A DNA stretch of 32,000 nt, from contig CP002278.1 of assembly GCA_000166095.1 (NCBI GenBank), positions 390,001 to 422,000 of the forward strand, in the 5' to 3' direction. This DNA comes from Methanothermus fervidus DSM 2088. Its GTDB lineage: Archaea > Methanobacteriota > Methanobacteria > DSM-2088 > Methanothermaceae. The notes beneath the pieces are model-generated. The model did no database searches and had not been told where the DNA came from. It saw only the letters and a program-made list of their open reading frames with translations. A program made the translations under genes and the position numbers. Position 1 is the first letter of the stretch. Every line of letters begins with the position of its first letter. Positions 30,501-32,000 of the stretch are shown piece after piece.

Positions 30501-31574
30501 GTTTTTTAAGTATTCATCAAGCGTTGTTTGTGAAAATACAGGTAACGGTCCCAAAACAGGTACATTAAGATCTTTATATAATTTTAAAGTTGCATTATCC
30601 GTCCAATATCCAAATTGAAGGCATGCAACAATTATATCCACTAATGGTTTTCCATCTTTCATGAAATATTTTCTTGATGAATTGATTGCATCATTTGTAT
30701 AAAAGTAAGGTATTACATTAAGGCCTCGAGATTCAAGCTCTCCTATTAGTTTTTTATACACTTCCATGTTGTTAGCTACATAATATCTACCTAATATGGG
30801 TACTCCAACCCACGGTTGTCCTTCTTTATATTTTCCAGAACTCTTATACCAAGTTATATATGACTGTAAATCTTGAAAAATAGTGCCGTAGGGAGCATCA
30901 GGATGATACAGAAAATCACTAGGTGGTGGTACAAATCTTGTTTCATTGAGAGTAATATTTATTACTCCCGCACGTCTTAATATTTCAAGTATGAGTCTTT
31001 TCATGTTTTCCTGACTTAACATTGGTGCTGCTATTCCAGCATAGGGTGGTGCTAACAGCTCAATTCCGATATCAGTTCTTGTAACATTTGGCTTCGTTGT
31101 CCCTAATACAAAAACTTTTGCACCAGATGGTAGTGAATTAATTATGTTCTGAAAATCTATAGGTGCATCAAGTTCTGTCCCATAGGTTAATCCAGTTACA
31201 GGATAACCAGGTCTTGTACATAAAAAGAATATATTAGCATCCTTAATATCCTCTTTAAATTTCATATAGACTGTAGAATTTAAGTTAATCAAATCCATAG
31301 TATATATTTTTAATGTGAAATTATAACCTTTAGGCTCTAACTCTTTTTTGTATGTTTCATACATAACTTTGTCAACAGTGCCTACAACACATCCAGTAAC
31401 CAATACAACCATTTTAGTGTTTTGAAGTTTAGATTGTGTAAGATTTTCCATTTTTATATCTGATGAATTTGTTGAAAGGTTGTTTGCAAATACAAAATTA
31501 CAACATCCAAATAATAACAAAATTAAAATTCCACAAAGGCAAACTTTCTTGTTTATACCCTTGCCTAGTTTCAT
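27537..31574 (-). CDS. CobN / magnesium-chelatase subunit H-like protein with predicted signal peptide and C-terminal membrane anchor
   Basis: CobN/BchH motifs IGQHGTLELLPGRPCGMTESDWPNNLIGYLPYIHLLRMDDPLESVINPIKRR and PPGSDPHGVSVDRVLWSKDDW; N-terminal MKLGKGINKKVCLCGILILLLFGCCNFVFA; Pro/Thr/Ser-rich linker; C-terminal GIIGVIILIALIAAGYLLRRPE. ATG at 31574 preceded by GGTGA. Confidence 0.9.
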   Translation of the reverse strand: MKLGKGINKKVCLCGILILLLFGCCNFVFANNLSTNSSDIKMENLTQSKLQNTKMVVLVTGCVVGTVDKVMYETYKKELEPKGYNFTLKIYTMDLINLNSTVYMKFKEDIKDANIFFLCTRPGYPVTGLTYGTELDAPIDFQNIINSLPSGAKVFVLGTTKPNVTRTDIGIELLAPPYAGIAAPMLSQENMKRLILEILRRAGVINITLNETRFVPPPSDFLYHPDAPYGTIFQDLQSYITWYKSSGKYKEGQPWVGVPILGRYYVANNMEVYKKLIGELESRGLNVIPYFYTNDAINSSRKYFMKDGKPLVDIIVACLQFGYWTDNATLKLYKDLNVPVLGPLPVFSQTTLDEYLKNKKMGLRGLEYFWLCIFEVQGRIEPILIGGDIITNIDENTGYPEKKYMPYEFGIKQLVDRVTAWINLRKKNNSDKKIAIVYFDNTHDEKMPVTNGLNLYKSLANLLNSMKLAGYDLGNVSISPTFLMEMINRCGRNPKNVTNIQYIEELIKNGCITIDVEEYLKWYNTLPKILRDQVEAVWGPPPGNVMVYKNKIVIPGFILGKIFLGPNPVWKWKGSLQNLYNNTLPPTHQFIAFYLYIRNKFHADALVCIGQHGTLELLPGRPCGMTESDWPNNLIGYLPYIHLLRMDDPLESVINPIKRRAYGITLSYLPPPLIKTELFGEFKELSELLKSWESAQSLNNTERMEVLEKLIQNKINEIPGLKDRIGANEKTPFVILKDKLYEYLKELQETLTTFGLHTLGELPDNKTLEKFIDVIVEYDPEHRNRDEVKKLLIDSCSNEINAVLKALNGEFIDPVPAKDPITNLNALPTGRNMYSFDPDAVPDKAAIVLAKKCVNEFLKRYKETYGKYPETVAIDISDLIPTQGLSLAIIFELIGLKPIYENEKLVGADIVPLEEFGRPRIDVLILDLHNFRSLVPNALKVIDNAIKRIVSLNEPTSLNFLRKHYLSIKQDLLNEFISSGLAKEESERLSERLARSRLFGLPPGSDPHGVSVDRVLWSKDDWTPKELAEMYTNYYSYVYGADLDGIHSPNLLKLLTRTVETSIAIMPYRSSGEGLCLYRASALINFAVRYLTGREMESYIIKTAYAIPRVNTLKESYYDTIVTTLLNPEWLEGKLNEGPSGHASVALQIRDLFTTDVLVKVINKDMWNRLVSIYLNRDILRKFDASAAEMICRYIYQAYSRGMVQLTSQQLNLASEYLKVLVPSTIPGAPTTPQPSIPGIPTTTPQPSIPGAPSQLGAPTALGRVGIGTATTRGVSPGISGPSGRVGGEIGARGAAQAAGAAGKAYEITPVSKGIGKPGIPFAGIIGVIILIALIAAGYLLRRPE
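27823..27909 (-). repeat. Short degenerate tandem repeat encoding the (PQPSIPG[A/I]P[T]n) linker
   Basis: CCTGGAATTGAAGGTTGTGGTGTAGTTGTTGGAATT (27823-27858) followed by CCAGGGATTGAAGGTTGTGGTGTTGTTGGAGCT (27859-27891) and a partial third unit. Confidence 0.75.
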
Positions 31575-31694
31575 AACTTTCACCAAATATGATAACTATT
31601 TGAAAAGTTATTATCCATTCTTGTCAAGGGAAAGTTTATAATTTTCCATTTAAAAGAAAAACATAAATTTTATAAATAAAAAAAAAACAAAAAT

Positions 31695-32000
31695 TTAAAG
31701 TTTAAAGAATTTTTCTGCATTTTTATAAGAAACTTTTGCAATTTCTGAATCATTGAAATCTTTGAGTCGCATTTTATGTACAGTTTTTGGAACTGAAAGA
31801 GGATCTGAAGGTGCAGAACTCATGTCAGAGTTTAACATAAATTTGTCAACACCATATTCCTCTAAAATTGTTATAGCCTTGTCTATGGTTAATTTACCTG
31901 GTTGAATTGTGAGTCCAAGCATGCATTCTCTATCCACAACTTTGTCAACAACTTTATCATCAATATGGTCTATGACAGCTAAAGATTCATCTAAATTTTC
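31695..32000 (-). CDS. TatD-like / TIM-barrel amidohydrolase, N-terminus off the window edge
   Basis: Open to the window edge: ENLDESLAVIDHIDDKVVDKVVDRECMLGLTIQPGKLTIDKAITILEEYGVDKFMLNSDMSSAPSDPLSVPKTVHKM...KNAEKFFKL*. Late barrel Asp (NSD) and C-terminal NAxKFF are typical. Confidence 0.65.
   Translation of the reverse strand, partial: ENLDESLAVIDHIDDKVVDKVVDRECMLGLTIQPGKLTIDKAITILEEYGVDKFMLNSDMSSAPSDPLSVPKTVHKMRLKDFNDSEIAKVSYKNAEKFFKL

Noticed and set aside
30178-30618. 146-aa plus-strand ORF inside the CobN-like gene
   Set aside because: Opposite a long continuous ORF with family motifs; other small ORFs in this region (28699-28929, 29122-29307) rejected for the same reason.
1-32000. Mobile element, prophage, toxin-antitoxin or defence island
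   Set aside because: No transposase, integrase, capsid, nuclease/toxin pairs, att-like repeats or abrupt composition change; content is housekeeping and methanogen core-like.

Overview
The window is an AT-rich, very compact archaeal segment. Gene content (NrpR, FprA, membrane-anchored LonB, archaeal ApgM, VorB plus fused VorA, GatC-like, and a CobN/BchH-like surface protein) is most consistent with a methanogen of the Methanobacteriales type; that assignment is inference, as no phylogenetic search was possible. I support about 28 protein-coding loci. They include a partial FAD/NAD(P) oxidoreductase, M50 protease, MoeA, a two-permease ABC-2 exporter, PRPP synthase, LonB, CobQ, and an HTH-cupin / acyl-CoA synthetase / VorB / VorA operon. 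They also include NrpR, a gatC-ACT-hom-apgM-pyrG-A24 peptidase run, a rubrerythrin/FprA operon divergent from an HTH+V4R regulator, an fRMsr-like GAF protein, a Cys-rich protein paired with a U32 protein, Tmk, a 1345-aa secreted CobN-like protein, and a partial amidohydrolase. No CRISPR, mobile element, tRNA or rRNA was recognised, and I found no convincing whole new defence-like system. The best second-look items are: (1) two conserved genes (ACT protein, HTH-V4R regulator) each split by the same lesion, one surplus A in an A8 or A7 run; (2) pyrG, whose only usable start codon is CTG and which the ORF track truncates; (3) a near-perfect palindrome plus direct repeats between fprA and the HTH-V4R regulator; (4) a signal-peptide and C-terminal-anchor CobN-like protein outside the membrane; (5) five convergent gene pairs that all abut or overlap; (6) an acyl-CoA synthetase/Vor operon lacking a ferredoxin subunit; (7) a Cys-rich protein overlapping a U32 family gene.
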